From Chiloscyllium plagiosum (taxonomy: Eukaryota): DNA of 43,971 bases. The position numbers and the translations under genes were made by a program. Shown here in pieces: positions 12,351-24,889 of this stretch. How positions within the stretch are numbered: position 1 is the stretch's first letter; every line of letters starts with the position of its first letter. The stretch is taken from contig NW_025214442.1 in NCBI RefSeq assembly GCF_004010195.1, positions 1-43,971 on the forward strand. Direction: 5' to 3'. The notes under the pieces are model-generated. The model saw only the letters and a list, made by a program, of their open reading frames with translations. It was not told where the DNA came from and ran no database searches.

Positions 12351-14244
12351 CAAGCATCTATTACCCATACCTAATTGCCCAGAGGGCAGTTAGCAGTCAA
12401 CCGCATTGCTGTGAGTATGGAGTCACTTGTAGGCCAGACCAGGTAAGAATTGCAGTTTGTTTCCTTGAAGCGTATCAGTGAACCAGATGGATTTTTCCGA
12501 CAATCGAAATGGTCATCATTAGCCTCTTAATTCCTGATTTAAAGTGAATCACTAGAAGAGTCTGACGGCAACAAGAGTATAGTTAAGAGGGAAATTGGGA
12601 GCAGAAAAAGGGGACATGTGATAGCTTTGGCAAACAGAGTTAGGGAGAATCCAAAGGAATTCTACAAATACGTCAAGGACAAAAGAGTAACTGTGGAGAG
12701 AATAGGACATGCTTAAAGATCAGCAAGGCTGCCCAGGTGCAGAGCCACGGAAATTGAGGAGGTATTGAACGAGTATTTACTTCGCAGGAGGATATGGAAG
12801 TTAGAGAATTTGGGAAATAAGTAGTGACATCTAGGAAAGTGACTCTATTACAGAGGAGCTGCTGGAGGTCTTAAAACATGCAAAAGAAAGAAAATGTCCT
12901 GGCTTTTATTAGAGGTACTCAAGAACTCTGTGGGAAGCTAGGGAAGTGATTGCTGGGCCCCTTGCTATCATTAATAGTCACAGGTAAAGTGTCAGAAGAC
13001 TGGAGGTTGGCTAACGTGGTGCCACTACTGAAAGTATTTAAGAAGGGTGATAAGGAAAAACCAGTGAGCCTGACGTCACTGGTGGGTGAGTTGTTGGAGG
13101 GGATTATCGGATTTTCACACATTTTGAAAGGTAACAACTGATTAAGAATAGTTAACATGACATGGTGCAAGCAATATTGTGTCTCACTGACGTGACTGAG
13201 ATTTTTTTGAAGAAGCGACTAAAAAGAGTAATTGAGATAGAGTCGTGCACATTGTCGATATGCACATCAGTAAGGCGTTGAATAACATTGTGCATGGTCA
13301 TCTGTTTAACAAGGTTTTTTTCATATGAAAACCATTTGGATACAAAACTGTCTTAAAGGTAGGAGGCAGAGGGTGTTGTTAGAGGATTGCAATTTCCTGG
13401 CTAAGATTTGCAATGCTCCCCATGCTGTGCAGATAGTCCAGCTTATCGAGTTATCCACTAGCACGGCCTGCTGGTGTCTGGGCTGGTTCTCGAAGCAGAT
13501 TCAGAATTTGAGGCAATGGACCATTCTAGCGGACCTGGCAATGTCTCCATTCAATGTTTGCTTTCTTGGGATCGGACCCACCATTGTCTCCCTTATCCCG
13601 TTATTCCAATTCCATATCCTCATCCATATTTTCAGCAAGTTATCAGTTAATAAATTATTTGTTTTTTTAAAATTATGTATCTTTCCCTGGCCTTAGTTTT
13701 TGACTCCCTCGTGCATCGAGTGCTGACATGGTGGAGCTCAGAAACATTGAAATGGTGTGTGTCAGGCTGTCGTTCACTTCCTGATGTGTACAATGTGGTG
13801 CTTCATTGACAGGGATATTCCAACAGCTCTGACTCAGGTGTTTGAAACTTGGTATGCGCCTGCCCACGGAACGCCTCTGTTTGTCTCTCTCAGTTGATTG
13901 TGCGGTCAGTAACACGAGGAAGACCCTTGAGTATAATTGTAAAGGACCAGACATCTAACTTGTAGCTGAAGGGCTTGTAGCTGACTCCTGTTATTGAAAG
14001 GTTAGTGGAGCTGCTGGGGATGGTTTGCTGGAGGTTGTGCTGTGAGCTGCCTCAGACATTCAGGGAGACCTGAGGATTTGGTGAGCCAACTCTCGATGGA
14101 GCATGGGGACTGTAATTAGAGCATCTGGGTCTGTAACATGAACAACAAATGGAGCAGAGGCTGCAGAGAGGGGAAGCTCTGAAACCAGGAGTGAGTGTGT
14201 GGGGAAAGTAATCAGCCGTATCTGTCTGCATCTTAGCCGGGACA

Positions 14245-14505
14245 AGTATACATTCTCACTCTCCCCGTTAAATACAATGATGCACACTCTCCCGATCTTC
14301 CCCTCATACACATTCACACACCCCCTCTCTCACATTCCACAGGCGCAGTCCACTCTGTCACACGCACGCATGCACACAGCCTCTCTTTCTCCCTCGCGCA
14401 CTCACATACAAACACCCCCTCACTCTCTCTCACATACACGCAGTGTCTCTCACTCTCTCCTTCACACAGACACGCCCCCTCTCTCACACATATGCACACG
14501 CGCTA
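14245..14505. repeat. Degenerate (CA)/(CT) low-complexity tract
   Basis: Interrupted cacaca/ctctct runs, directly upstream of a Penelope-like 3' end. Confidence 0.75.
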
Positions 14506-14509
14506 CTCC

Positions 14510-14945
14510 TACTTTGTAAATAAAAACAGTCTAACTCCAGATCAAGACACAGACAGATTCCAAACAAAGCCTCACGCTTAGAATACATTGTCTGACCACA
14601 AGTGTTACTTCATTTACATCGATAGTACCTGAAGGTGTCTCCAGGCAGTGACTTGAAATAAATTCTGCGATTTGCATATTAATCAATCAAACTCGCAACT
14701 ACATTCTAACTGATTAAGTAGTTAAGAGCCATCTTAGGTGTGTGGACAACTCATGTGCATGAGTTGTACAACCCTTTGATCTTTTCCTTATAACTTCTGT
14801 GTTTAAGGTCTTCCTCTCTCTTGCACCTGATGAAGGAGCAGCGCAATGAAACCTTGTGTTTACAAATAAACCCATTGTACTCTAACTTGGTGTCATTTGA
14901 TTTTTGACCTTGTCCAACCCAGTCGAAAACCAGCGGCTCCATATT
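14510..14945 (+). mobile_element. Penelope-like element 3' terminal region (second family) with degenerate hammerhead motif
   Basis: cacCTGATGAaggagcagcgcaatGAAAcc at 14824-14853, followed by AATAAA and ...ttggtgtcatttgatttttgaccttgtccaacccagtc; stem II is disrupted. Confidence 0.6.
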
Positions 14946-15639
14946 ATATCTTTTACTGGTTAGCTAATCCTCTCCCCTAGCAATTAAATTGTTCCTAACC
15001 ACATGTGTTCTTGTCTTGCATATTAATCTATTGCGATTACGCACTCATGTCTGGAAGCCCAGATATAATACATCTATAGGATCCCCATTATCCATCTTTC
15101 TTGTTAAGTTTTATTAAAGAAAGTTAGTCACATAATTCAAACATGATTTATCCTTCATAAAACTATGTTAACTGTGCGGGATTGTGGCTTGGCTTTGGAT
15201 ATTTCCTGTTATTACTTCCTTCATAACGTATTCCAATACTTTGTCTTCAATCTCAACACTTTTTTCACTACTTTTCATTTCCCAGTGAAGCTGGTTATTC
15301 GAAGTCCTTCCCTTTCTATAACGTCTACGTTCCCTTTTACAATTCCTGTGTAACAAGCACAAGGCTGTAAAGGATCTGCCCCAGTTGTTGTAAAAGAGGC
15401 ATGAGTGACTAAATGGACACATTGTGTTCCGGCTTTACACACACGATGGGCTGAAAGGCCTCCTGGTGTTCTGACATTAGTCCTGATGGCCTGAATGTCC
15501 TGCACCTGTTTCCAACCAGGCCGCTTAAGACCTCAATGTCCTCTTCCTGTTGCTTAGTGGCAGGTTTGGGGAGTTATGAAATCTCCCTGCTCAAATGTCA
15601 CTTTTCAAGGACTGAACTGTGCAGGCAGGTTGTGTTGCC

Positions 15640-15920
15640 CACACTAGGTAGCATCGTGTTTAGCATTGCTGCCTCACAGCACCAGAGATTCAGATTCAAT
15701 TTCAGTCTCCAGTTTCCTCCCTCAGTCCCAAGGTGTGCGTGATAGGTGAATTGGCCACGCTAAATTACCCATAATGTTCGGGGATGTGGAGGCCATGGAA
15801 AATGCCAGGTTACACGATTAGGTAGGGTGAGTGGTGGAATTGGATGGGATGGTCTTCGGAGGATAAGTGTGGAGTCGATGCGTCAAATGGCTTGGTTTCA
15901 CACTGTAGAGATTTTTTGAT
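15640..15920 (+). mobile_element. HE1/V-SINE, degenerate
   Basis: ttagcattgctgcctcacagcaccagagattcagattcaatt head; ggtgaattggccacgctaaattaccc; CR1-like tail gtttcacactgtagag. Confidence 0.75.
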
Positions 15921-16999
15921 TAACACCTTCATTGCAGAAACCAGTTAACGGAATAATATCTGAGGTAATTCCAATATCTTTTCCACAAGGAGGAGATTAA
16001 ACCTGTGCACAGTACTCCAGGTGTGATCTCACCAAGATCCAGTTCAGCAGCAACAACACTCTTGCTGCCTACTGTAAGGTTCCCACCCAGGTTAGAGCAG
16101 GCTCAGCTATCTGGGGGAATACACAGCATTGTTGAGAGATCATTGCCCTTCTCTACTGCACCAGCATAATGGGAGATCTGGAGAAAATCTCATAATGACA
16201 CTTGAGAGGAACGGGTAAGATGTGGTGAGATAATTAAAATGATGAGATATGCCTTGCCAAACATCTCGTCTGTATCTACCATTAGCCTCCCGAGAGCCCA
16301 CGTCACTCAGATTCCACAGAATCTGGTGAGGTGGATCTTAGGAACAGCAAGGAGACGCAACGTTCATGGGAGTTATGTATCAAAGTGAAAGCTGCAATAC
16401 AAGTGTGAATATGTCATAAAACAGGAAAGTAGACATTCAGGTTTGTGGGTGCTACAGTAATAATGGACAGCTTGAAGTTACATCTAACCAGTGTTTACCC
16501 AAGTGAATGTTAATGTTGAGTGTGTATGAGATAGGTTGCTTTAGAAGTATGTTTAGCAACGAGCAGTTGATCAGGCAATTTTGGAGTTGGTGTTGTGTGA
16601 TCAGAAGAGCAAATCGAAGAATTTGCTGTAAAGGAGCTTTTGGGAATAGTGATCTTAATACATTGAATTTTATATGTATTTTATAAATTAAAAAAAAGTT
16701 TTTATTTCTTATATTTCGGGTATATACCTGACTCATTCAAGCCATTAAGATATGAGAATAATGTTGGCTTTAGTGAATTTGAAAAGTACATTAAATGAAT
16801 TAATGAAAGACAGGCAATGTCTGTTATTTACCAAAACACTGTAAAGTCTACTTTATACATATATCCCTCCAAGACATAAATCACAAAAGTGAAAGGTGAT
16901 TCAACGATGATGAATAAAAGAAGTTAAGAATTGCATTAGATCAATGAAAGTGCCTTAGAAAAGAGTCATATATTGTGGATTCATTGAAATTTTGGACGA

Positions 17000-17800
17000 A
17001 ATGAAGGAAGACTAATAAACTGATAAGTAAATTAGAAAGAGAACAAGAATGCAAACTAACCAGAAACAAAAAGACTGATGAAAAACTGCCATCAATATTT
17101 GAAAGGAAAATAAAAGCAAAGTCAAATGTGGAACACTGAATGTGTGGACAGGACAATTTATTGTGGAGAACAGAAAAATAATGATAATGAAACTAAACAG
17201 TTACTTTATGTCTGTCTTCACGGAGGAAGATCCAGAAAATCTCCCAGAATTACCAAGTGGCCATGGGACTTGCGTAACTAAAGACTAAAATCATTCATAT
17301 CAATGACGAGGTAGCATTTGAAAACATAACTGTATGGATAAGTCTGACAGACCAAATGTACTTCATACCAGAATTTCAGAGAAAGCAGAAATTGACATAA
17401 TAGTTGCATTGCGAATCACTGTATTTTTCCGTTTTCAGTTTGGAAGGTTATAAGTGCATTCCAAGGATTTTCAAAGTGAAGAAGAGGGAGAATGGTGAAC
17501 TACAGACTAGTTAACTTATTGTTCACAATGGGGAATCTGTTGAAATTTATTATAAAGAATGTGATATTGGACACTTGGAAAGTTATAGCAAACGTCTGGA
17601 GAATGATGCTAGATTTTTAAAAGGGAAGGCAACATTTACAAAATTTTTCCTTGACGATGTCCCTTGTCGATATAAACAATGGAGAAAAAGTGGATGTGGT
17701 ACAGTTGGATATCAGGTGAATGTTTGGAGAAATCATACAGTAAGTTAGCCCTAAAACATAAAAAAACAAATTGTATTGGGAGGAACATACGCAAATGTGG
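17000..17800 (+). mobile_element. Highly decayed CR1 ORF2 fragment
   Basis: Remnants tactttatgtctgtcttcacggaggaaga, aactacagactagttaactta, gtggatgtggtacagttggat. Confidence 0.6.
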
Positions 17801-18279
17801 GAAGGTAAAAGTTAAGTTCCCTTTGTTTGAAGGGAATCAGAATATAGGCGATGAAGGGCTCTGTGCTCTCTCTCCACGGATGATGTCTGAGTCCGTGTGA
17901 TCTCCAGCATGTGCAGGTTTCTGTACAGATTCCAGCTTCTGAAGTAATTTGCTCCGACTAGGAGTAAAGATGTTCTGCACCAGTGACACAAAATGTTGGT
18001 TAGTCTGTACCTGGAGTATTGTGTACAGCTTTGATTTCCTGATCCAAGTAAATCATACTGATCTCATATACTGAATTGTCATTCTCCAGTATAATCCCTT
18101 GTATAGCAAGATTATCCGATGAGCGAACTCCGCCTGTATTCCGTAGAGTTTCAGAGAATGAGAGATGATCGAAATGAAACTTTAAATATATCACACAGAG
18201 GGGAGTGACGAACATAGGGGCATTGAAAAGTGTGAGCAAGATTAGCGAGAATTTAAAGATATTCCACAAGGACATCAAG

Positions 18280-20200
18280 CAGAATAGAATAACTAGGGAA
18301 CAATCAGGGCCCATTAGACACCAAGGGGACAATCTGTGTGCGAAGCTGGAAAGCATTGATAGATTGTGACATGGGAGCTTCCCATCTGTTTTACTTGGGA
18401 GAATGAGGAGGCAGGTACATAGTTCAAGAAGATGGAGTGGGAAGATCTTAAACGGATTGATATAAGATGCGAGCAGGGAATGATGGTTTTGGNNNNNNNN
18501 NNNNNNNNNNNNNNNNNNNNNNNNNNNNNNNNNNNNNNNNNNNNNNNNNNNNNNNNNNNNNNNNNNNNNNNNNNNNNNNNNNNNNNNNNNNNNNNNNNNN
18601 NNNNNNNNNNNNNNNNNNNNNNNNNNNNNNNNNNNNNNNNNNNNNNNNNNNNNNNNNNNNNNNNNNNNNNNNNNNNNNNNNNNNNNNNNNNNNNNNNNNN
18701 NNNNNNNNNNNNNNNNNNNNNNNNNNNNNNNNNNNNNNNNNNNNNNNNNNNNNNNNNNNNNNNNNNNNNNNNNNNNNNNNNNNNNNNNNNNNNNNNNNNN
18801 NNNNNNNNNNNNNNNNNNNNNNNNNNNNNNNNNNNNNNNNNNNNNNNNNNNNNNNNNNNNNNNNNNNNNNNNNNNNNNNNNNNNNNNNNNNNNNNNNNNN
18901 NNNNNNNNNNNNNNNNNNNNNNNNNNNNNNNNNNNNNNNNNNNNNNNNNNNNNNNNNNNNNNNNNNNNNNNNNNNNNNNNNNNNNNNNNNNNNNNNNNNN
19001 NNNNNNNNNNNNNNNNNNNNNNNNNNNNNNNNNNNNNNNNNNNNNNNNNNNNNNNNNNNNNNNNNNNNNNNNNNNNNNNNNNNNNNNNNNNNNNNNNNNN
19101 NNNNNNNNNNNNNNNNNNNNNNNNNNNNNNNNNNNNNNNNNNNNNNNNNNNNNNNNNNNNNNNNNNNNNNNNNNNNNNNNNNNNNNNNNNNNNNNNNNNN
19201 NNNNNNNNNNNNNTTGTCTAACTGGCAGGAGACAGAGAGTGGTGGTAGAAACCTATTTGTGTGATTGGAGACCAGTCTCCCCTGGCGTATCACAGGAATC
19301 AGTGCTGTATCCCTTATTATTTGCGTTATTCAGAAATGATGTAGATGCGAATGTGGAGGGGGGTGGGAAGAGTGTGTTAAGTAAGTTTGCGTTTAGCACA
19401 AAGATTGTCTGGGTGGTTGGCAATGAGGAGAAAGGTCTTATGTTACAGGAAGATACAGATGGAATGATCAGATGGGTGGATCAATGGCAGAATGAATGTA
19501 ACCCTGATAAATATGAGGTGATGTACTTTGGAAGAAGGAACCAGTCAGGGAGGACTCAATGAATGATAGAAAACTAGGAAGCTCAGAGGGTGCATCTCCA
19601 CACATCCCTGAATGTCACTAGGCAGGGTAATAGGCTAGTTCAGAAGTCACATGCGACTGTCGGCATAACCTTTATTCATTGAGACATAGATTGTAAGAGT
19701 TATACAAAAGATTAATTCGGCCACAGATGGAATACTGTGTGGAGTTTTGGGAGTCACATTATGGAAGGATGTGATTGCACTGCAGGGGGTGCAGAGGAGA
19801 TTAACCAGGATGTTCCCTGGGATGGAGCATATCAGCTATGGAGAGAGGCTAGATAAGCTCGGGTTGTTTACGTTGGAGCAGAGAAGGCGGAGGGGGACTT
19901 GATTCAGAAGGATAAGATTACGAGGGGCATGGAGATGGTTGGTAGACAGCAGCTGTCCCTTTTAGTAAAAGAGACATGAACAAGGAAACACACTTTTAAA
20001 GTGAGGGGTTGAGGTTTAGAGAAGATATGAGGATTGTTTTTCACCCAGAGTGTGTTGGGGTAAGGATTAAACTTCCTGAGAGGGTAGTTGTGATGGGTAA
20101 TCTCACAACGATTAAAACGTACTTGAAGTATCATAACATTTATGGCTACAGATCTCATGTAAGAAAGTGGGACTAATGTAGATCGTACTGCTTTTCTGAC
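18280..20200 (+). mobile_element. CR1 ORF2/3' fragment spanning an assembly gap
   Basis: LTGRRQRVVVE...GVSQESVLYPLLF...SKFA..TKI...WQNECNPDKYEVMYFGRRN after the gap; CR1 3' motifs continue to ~20200. Confidence 0.8.
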
Positions 20201-20269
20201 AGTACACAGTCTAAGCTTCTCTGATTGTCTGATTATGGACGGTGCAAACAGTTAAGAAGATAAGTGGTG

Positions 20270-20800
20270 CGTTGATCATCATTTGAGTACAGGAGTAAGG
20301 GTGTCTTACTGCAGCTGTACAGGCCCTTGGTGAGACCCCATCTCGAACATTGTGCAGTATTGTATACAGTTTTGCTCTCCTTACCAAATAAAGCACAATC
20401 CTGACATTGAGGGAGAGCAGTAAAGGATGACCAGTCTTGTCTCTGGGTTGACAGGCTTGTTGTAGGAGCAGAGTTTGGGGTGACTGGGCCTGTATTCCAT
20501 GAGCTTTAGGAAAATGAGTGAAATATATAAAACTCTGACAGGGGGAGACAGCATGGAAGCAGGGATGATAATTCCCCTGGCTGGAACGTCTCAAACAGGC
20601 GCCCACAGTATTAGGTACAGACAAACCACTCTGCATTCAGATGAGAATAAATGTCTGCACTCAGAGACTGGTGAACATGGAAAATTCTCTCCCAGATCAG
20701 GCTGTGGAAGTCAAGGCACTGAATATAAAGAATGAATTTAGACAGGAAAGGGATGGGAAGAGTGCAGGAGTATGATGTGAAGATAGAGGAATAGCGATCA
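20270..20800 (+). mobile_element. CR1 3' fragment
   Basis: ctgcagctgtacaggcccttggtgagaccccatctcgaacattgtg (LYRPLVRPHLEHC) and downstream 3' motifs. Confidence 0.75.
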
Positions 20801-21139
20801 TTGCAGGTTGTTCTCTGATAACGCGGTAGCTGTGTTCCTGTGGAACACTATTATAGAAAGCAGAGCAATATAAATAATGGGGGCTGTGGGAAAAATAGGG
20901 TAAGGGGCGAACGCCCAATAATGTCAGGAAAAATCAAAACAAAAATAATAGTCAACGTAACACAAACAACAGCACAGTCTACGTAAATCTTAAAACCATA
21001 TATTGTCATGAAATCGTGCTGTAAATGCAACTCTTCCACAAAACAGTTACTGACTACAGCACTGTATCTTTCACCAAGCTCTTCACCAGAAAGCACGCAA
21101 GCTGACTGACCACATGACTCTACTGCGGGATTCCAGTTG

Positions 21140-21437
21140 GATTAGATTCCCGACAATATGGAAACAGGCCCTTCGGCGCAACATGTCCACACCACCCTCC
21201 GAATAGTAACCCACCCAGACCCAATTCCCGACCCTATGTTTACCTCTGACTAACACACCTAACACTAAGGCCAGTTTAGCATGGCCAATTCATCTGACCA
21301 GCACATCGTTATGGGAGGAAACTGGAGCACCTGGAGGAAACCCACACAGACACAGGGAAAATGTGCAAACTGCACACAGACAGTCACCCAATTGAACCCG
21401 GGTCCCTGATGATAACCACTGAGCCACTCTGCCGTCC
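21140..21437 (-). mobile_element. HE1/V-SINE
   Basis: gattagattcc...tggaaacaggcccttcgg...gggaggaaactggagcacctggaggaaacccacacagacacaggg...aattgaacccgggtcc...taaccactgagccact. Confidence 0.85.
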
Positions 21438-22149
21438 CAAGATTTCTCCCCAAGATTCTTCCCTTGGTTTGAAATAAAGTTCCTTCTAAATGTCCACTAC
21501 AATTCCCAGTTCTGGATGCAGGTTTGCTCGCTGAGCTGGAAGGTTCATATATCTATAACCTCAACCTGAGCTACAAATCTTCTCAAAACTCGCAAACAAT
21601 TCCCAGTTTCAGGCTCAGTTTCAAGGCTTGCAGAGTGGATTACATTCCTGCTTTAGCTGAACACACTGAGGGTGCATTTAGCAGACAGAGGATCCTGAGG
21701 CTGGGTTTTGCTGTTCAGCTGGGACCGGGAATTGAATCACGTCACAGTGAACAGGAGCTCACTTTATGAATCGTGTTGCAGCCAAATAGTTTTTAATAAA
21801 CCCACATTATTGGAGATCTGCCTGTATATTGAATGGAGGAGCAAAATTGATGGACCGAAGGGACTATTTTATGTGTCCCGATGTTTAAACATACTAAGGG
21901 TTATGAACACTGTGTGGGGAAAACTGCATTGAGGAAATTTTCACCGTGAACTAGAATGGAGAAAGTTCAATGTGTCTAAAGACCTCCTCCTTTCCCGATG
22001 TTTCCGTGCAGTCTATGGGACAGCTCTATAACTGTTGTCACAAGCTCTCAGATGTTAAGAAGAAGATCTCTGCAGTATGACAGCACTGTGTTTCCCATTC
22101 CCTTTTTTAATGCTGAGGCTGGTGCTGGGTGTTCTGTCCGAGTTTATCC

Positions 22150-22470
22150 TTTACGACCGGAGCAGTTTAATACAATAAAGTGTCTTGCTTGGCCGATTCA
22201 GAGACCATTGAAGAGTGTATCATATGTTTGTGCCTGGGGTCACTTTTAGGCCAGACCAGGAAAGCATGGGAGATTCACTTCCTGAAAGTACATTGGGGAA
22301 GGAAATTGGTGTTTACAATCGACATTGGCTTCAAGGTCACTGTTACTGACGCCAGGTTTTACATCTCGATATTTATTAATTGTTATTAACTTCCACCAGC
22401 TGCCAGAGCATTAGCCTGGTCTGGATTAGGAATCCAGTGACATTACCACAACAGCACCATCTCCACATGG
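22150..22470 (-). mobile_element. MetaSINE-like tRNA-SINE
   Basis: ggtcacttttaggccagaccagg...ttcacttcctgaaag...ccagagcattagcctgg...aatccagtgacattaccac. Confidence 0.6.
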
Positions 22471-22529
22471 GGACCTATCGGAAAGCACACTGAGCAGGTT
22501 ATTTCTATGCTGCTGGACTGCTCAGTCAA

Positions 22530-23330
22530 AAAGAACTCTCAACAACGTGACGATCGTGACGGTACTGAGGATGTGGTAAATGGTCAGACTGCAGTCATTC
22601 CCTTGTTATGGTACTGGATATAGTTGAGTAATTTTCCACGTGGCCAGACAGCTTCCCCAGGGGCACAGCTTGTTGTGCAGCACAAGTCTTCAGTCCAATT
22701 GCAGGAATGCTGTCAGGGCCCATTGCCTTTGTCGTATCTACTGTGTTCAGCTGTTTCTTCATGTCACGTGCAGCAAATAAAATTGGTTGAAGACTGGCAT
22801 CTATGATTCTGTGGGCATCATGGCGAGGGTGAGTTGGATCATGCACTCAACACGTCTGGCTGTGGATGGTGCAGACACTACATCCTTGTCTTTTATACTG
22901 ATGTACAGGGCTGTTCCGTTATTTAAGATGGGGATATTTGTGGAGTCCTCTCCTCCAGTAAGTTGTTTCATAGTCGATCGACAATGATGACTGAATGTGA
23001 CAGGGCTGCAGAGTTTCGATCTTAGCTTTTTGTCTTGGGATCACTTTTCCCCTCTCCATCAGTTGGTAGTTCTGCTGTTTGGAATGTAACCAGTGAAGGA
23101 CGGTAGCTTTAATGGGTTGTCATCAGGTTTAGATACACATGGTTCTGACTCTGGCATGTTCACTCAAACTCGTCACTGAACCATCACTCGGCTTGCTGAT
23201 AATGGTACAGTGATGGATTACCCTGGGGGGAAAGTTATGGATTGTGATTGAATGCAATTCTGCTGCGGCTGCTGCTGTGATCACATGATAACCCAGTGTG
23301 AGCTGAAATATCTGAAAATCAATTCCACTG
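22530..23330 (-). mobile_element. Decayed non-LTR retrotransposon RT fragment (CR1/L2-group, different family)
   Basis: Minus ORF 22595-22846: MKKQLNTVDTTKAMGPDSIPAIGLKTCA..AVPLGKL (RT domain 0 KAxGPDxIP motif). Confidence 0.7.
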
Positions 23331-24483
23331 ACTTTCCCCCAGTTCACACCGAGACCCATTCACCCATCATCCCTGTATTCAGTGACCGAACCTGGTTTCC
23401 AGTTTCATATTCTCATTCTGCTGAGGGCCCTGATGTCTCGCCTCCAATTTGTTACATTACTCAGATACTTTAACATATTAAGCTGAAACATTTTCTTTCC
23501 CGTAATACCATCTGCTGTGTTTGAAGTGAATGTTTTTTCCTCTGTTTTTCTCCCTGACAATGATTAAGACCTCTGTCGTGTCAGTGATGCCAGCCTTATG
23601 TTGTTTCAGAACCAATGAACTTGCGCACTTTGCGTTTTGTACACTTCCCAATGTACAGCGCTCTATGTCGGACAGGGCTTTTGAGCAGATTCGTCACACG
23701 TCTTTGGAAAATGTTGAAAAACAGAAATTGCTGAAGAAATTAAGCAGGTCTGGCTGCATCTTGTGGAGTGAAAGCTGAGTTCATCTTTCGGGTCCAGTGA
23801 GCATTCGACAAAGCTCCCAGTTTCTACAGCAATTTGTGCATTTTAATTTCCAGTATCCATACTTATTTATTTAATTGAAAATTTGTGCTGTGCCTATTAA
23901 TTTCTGAAGAAACTCAGCAGGTCTTTCAGCATCTGCAGAGACAGAGAAACAGAGTTAGCGTTTCAAGTCCAGTGTGGCACTTCTTCAGAACTGAAAAGGA
24001 TCGGAAACTGGGCATTTTTGTTCCTTGCCAGAGGTGGGGAGTAGGTGACAGGGAAAAGAGGGTGTGACAACAGATAAACAGGTTTTTAGCAGTGGTGAAA
24101 GAGAAGATGATATAAAATGAATTTAAATTAAGATGTGAATGGGGAAAGTGGTTCTCTCTATTGAGTGCAAGATAAAGAAGACACAACCACATAAGGTCAT
24201 AGGCAGGCCAGGAGGGAGAATGTTGAACATGTGGAATTATATAGATCTGGCCAGAGATAAAATTTGACTTTAGAGATCATCACCACCATCAGACAAAGGA
24301 ATACGGGTCTTGCCGGCTTATTGGCACTAGTAAGATTTTCATGTTTCCTTAGTATTGTAACATAAAGAGGAAAACAAATAACAGAATGACGTTTGGGTGG
24401 AGTGCTGTTCACCTATCACTTTTAACATTGTTTCAAATTTACAGTGCTTATTTTTAAATGCTTGTTCTCGAGGTTAATATCAG

Positions 24484-24860
24484 ATGGAGTGTAGGAGGTT
24501 GAGGGGTGACATTATAGAAATTTGTAAAATCAGGGGAGGCATGGACAGGGTGAAAAGCCAAGGTCTTTTCCACAGGATTGAAAAATTAAATCATAGAGCC
24601 ATAGGTTTCTGGTGGAAGAGGGAAGATTTAAAAGGGAGGAAGAGGGAACTTTTTTTGCACAGAGGGTGACGTGTTTATGGAATGAGCTACCAAAGGAACT
24701 GGCAGATGCAAGTACAGCACCAACATTTAAAAGACATTAGGACAAACATATGAATGGGAACCATTTAGAGGCAGATGTGCCAAATGCAAGCAGATGGGAA
24801 TTGTTTAGTTTGGAAAACCTAGCCGGCATGGACAAGTTGGACCAAATATTGTGTTTAAAC
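24484..24860 (+). mobile_element. CR1 3' end fragment
   Basis: ECRRLRGDIIEICKIRGGMDRV; tttttgcacagagggtg...tggaatgagctacca; 3' UTR. Confidence 0.85.
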
Positions 24861-24889
24861 GCGATATTACTGTATAAATATAGGAAGTG

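Larger units (their letters stand above)
12218..12545 (-). mobile_element. Second shark tRNA-SINE family (MetaSINE-like core), nested in CR1
   Basis: ttgctgtgagtatggagtcacttgtaggccagaccaggtaag...cagtgaaccagatgg; same core recurs at ~22240 and ~33670. Family name is from memory of the consensus. Confidence 0.65.
11990..13390 (+). mobile_element. Decayed CR1 ORF2 fragment, host of nested SINE and Penelope-like inserts
   Basis: GKVSEDWRLANVVPL..FKKGDKEKP..VSLTSLVG and IWIQNCLKGRRQRV motifs. Confidence 0.85.

Noticed and set aside
13325..13696. 123-aa hydrophobic ORF as a membrane protein
   Set aside because: N-terminus is CR1 RT sequence read across a breakpoint; no family motif or splice support.
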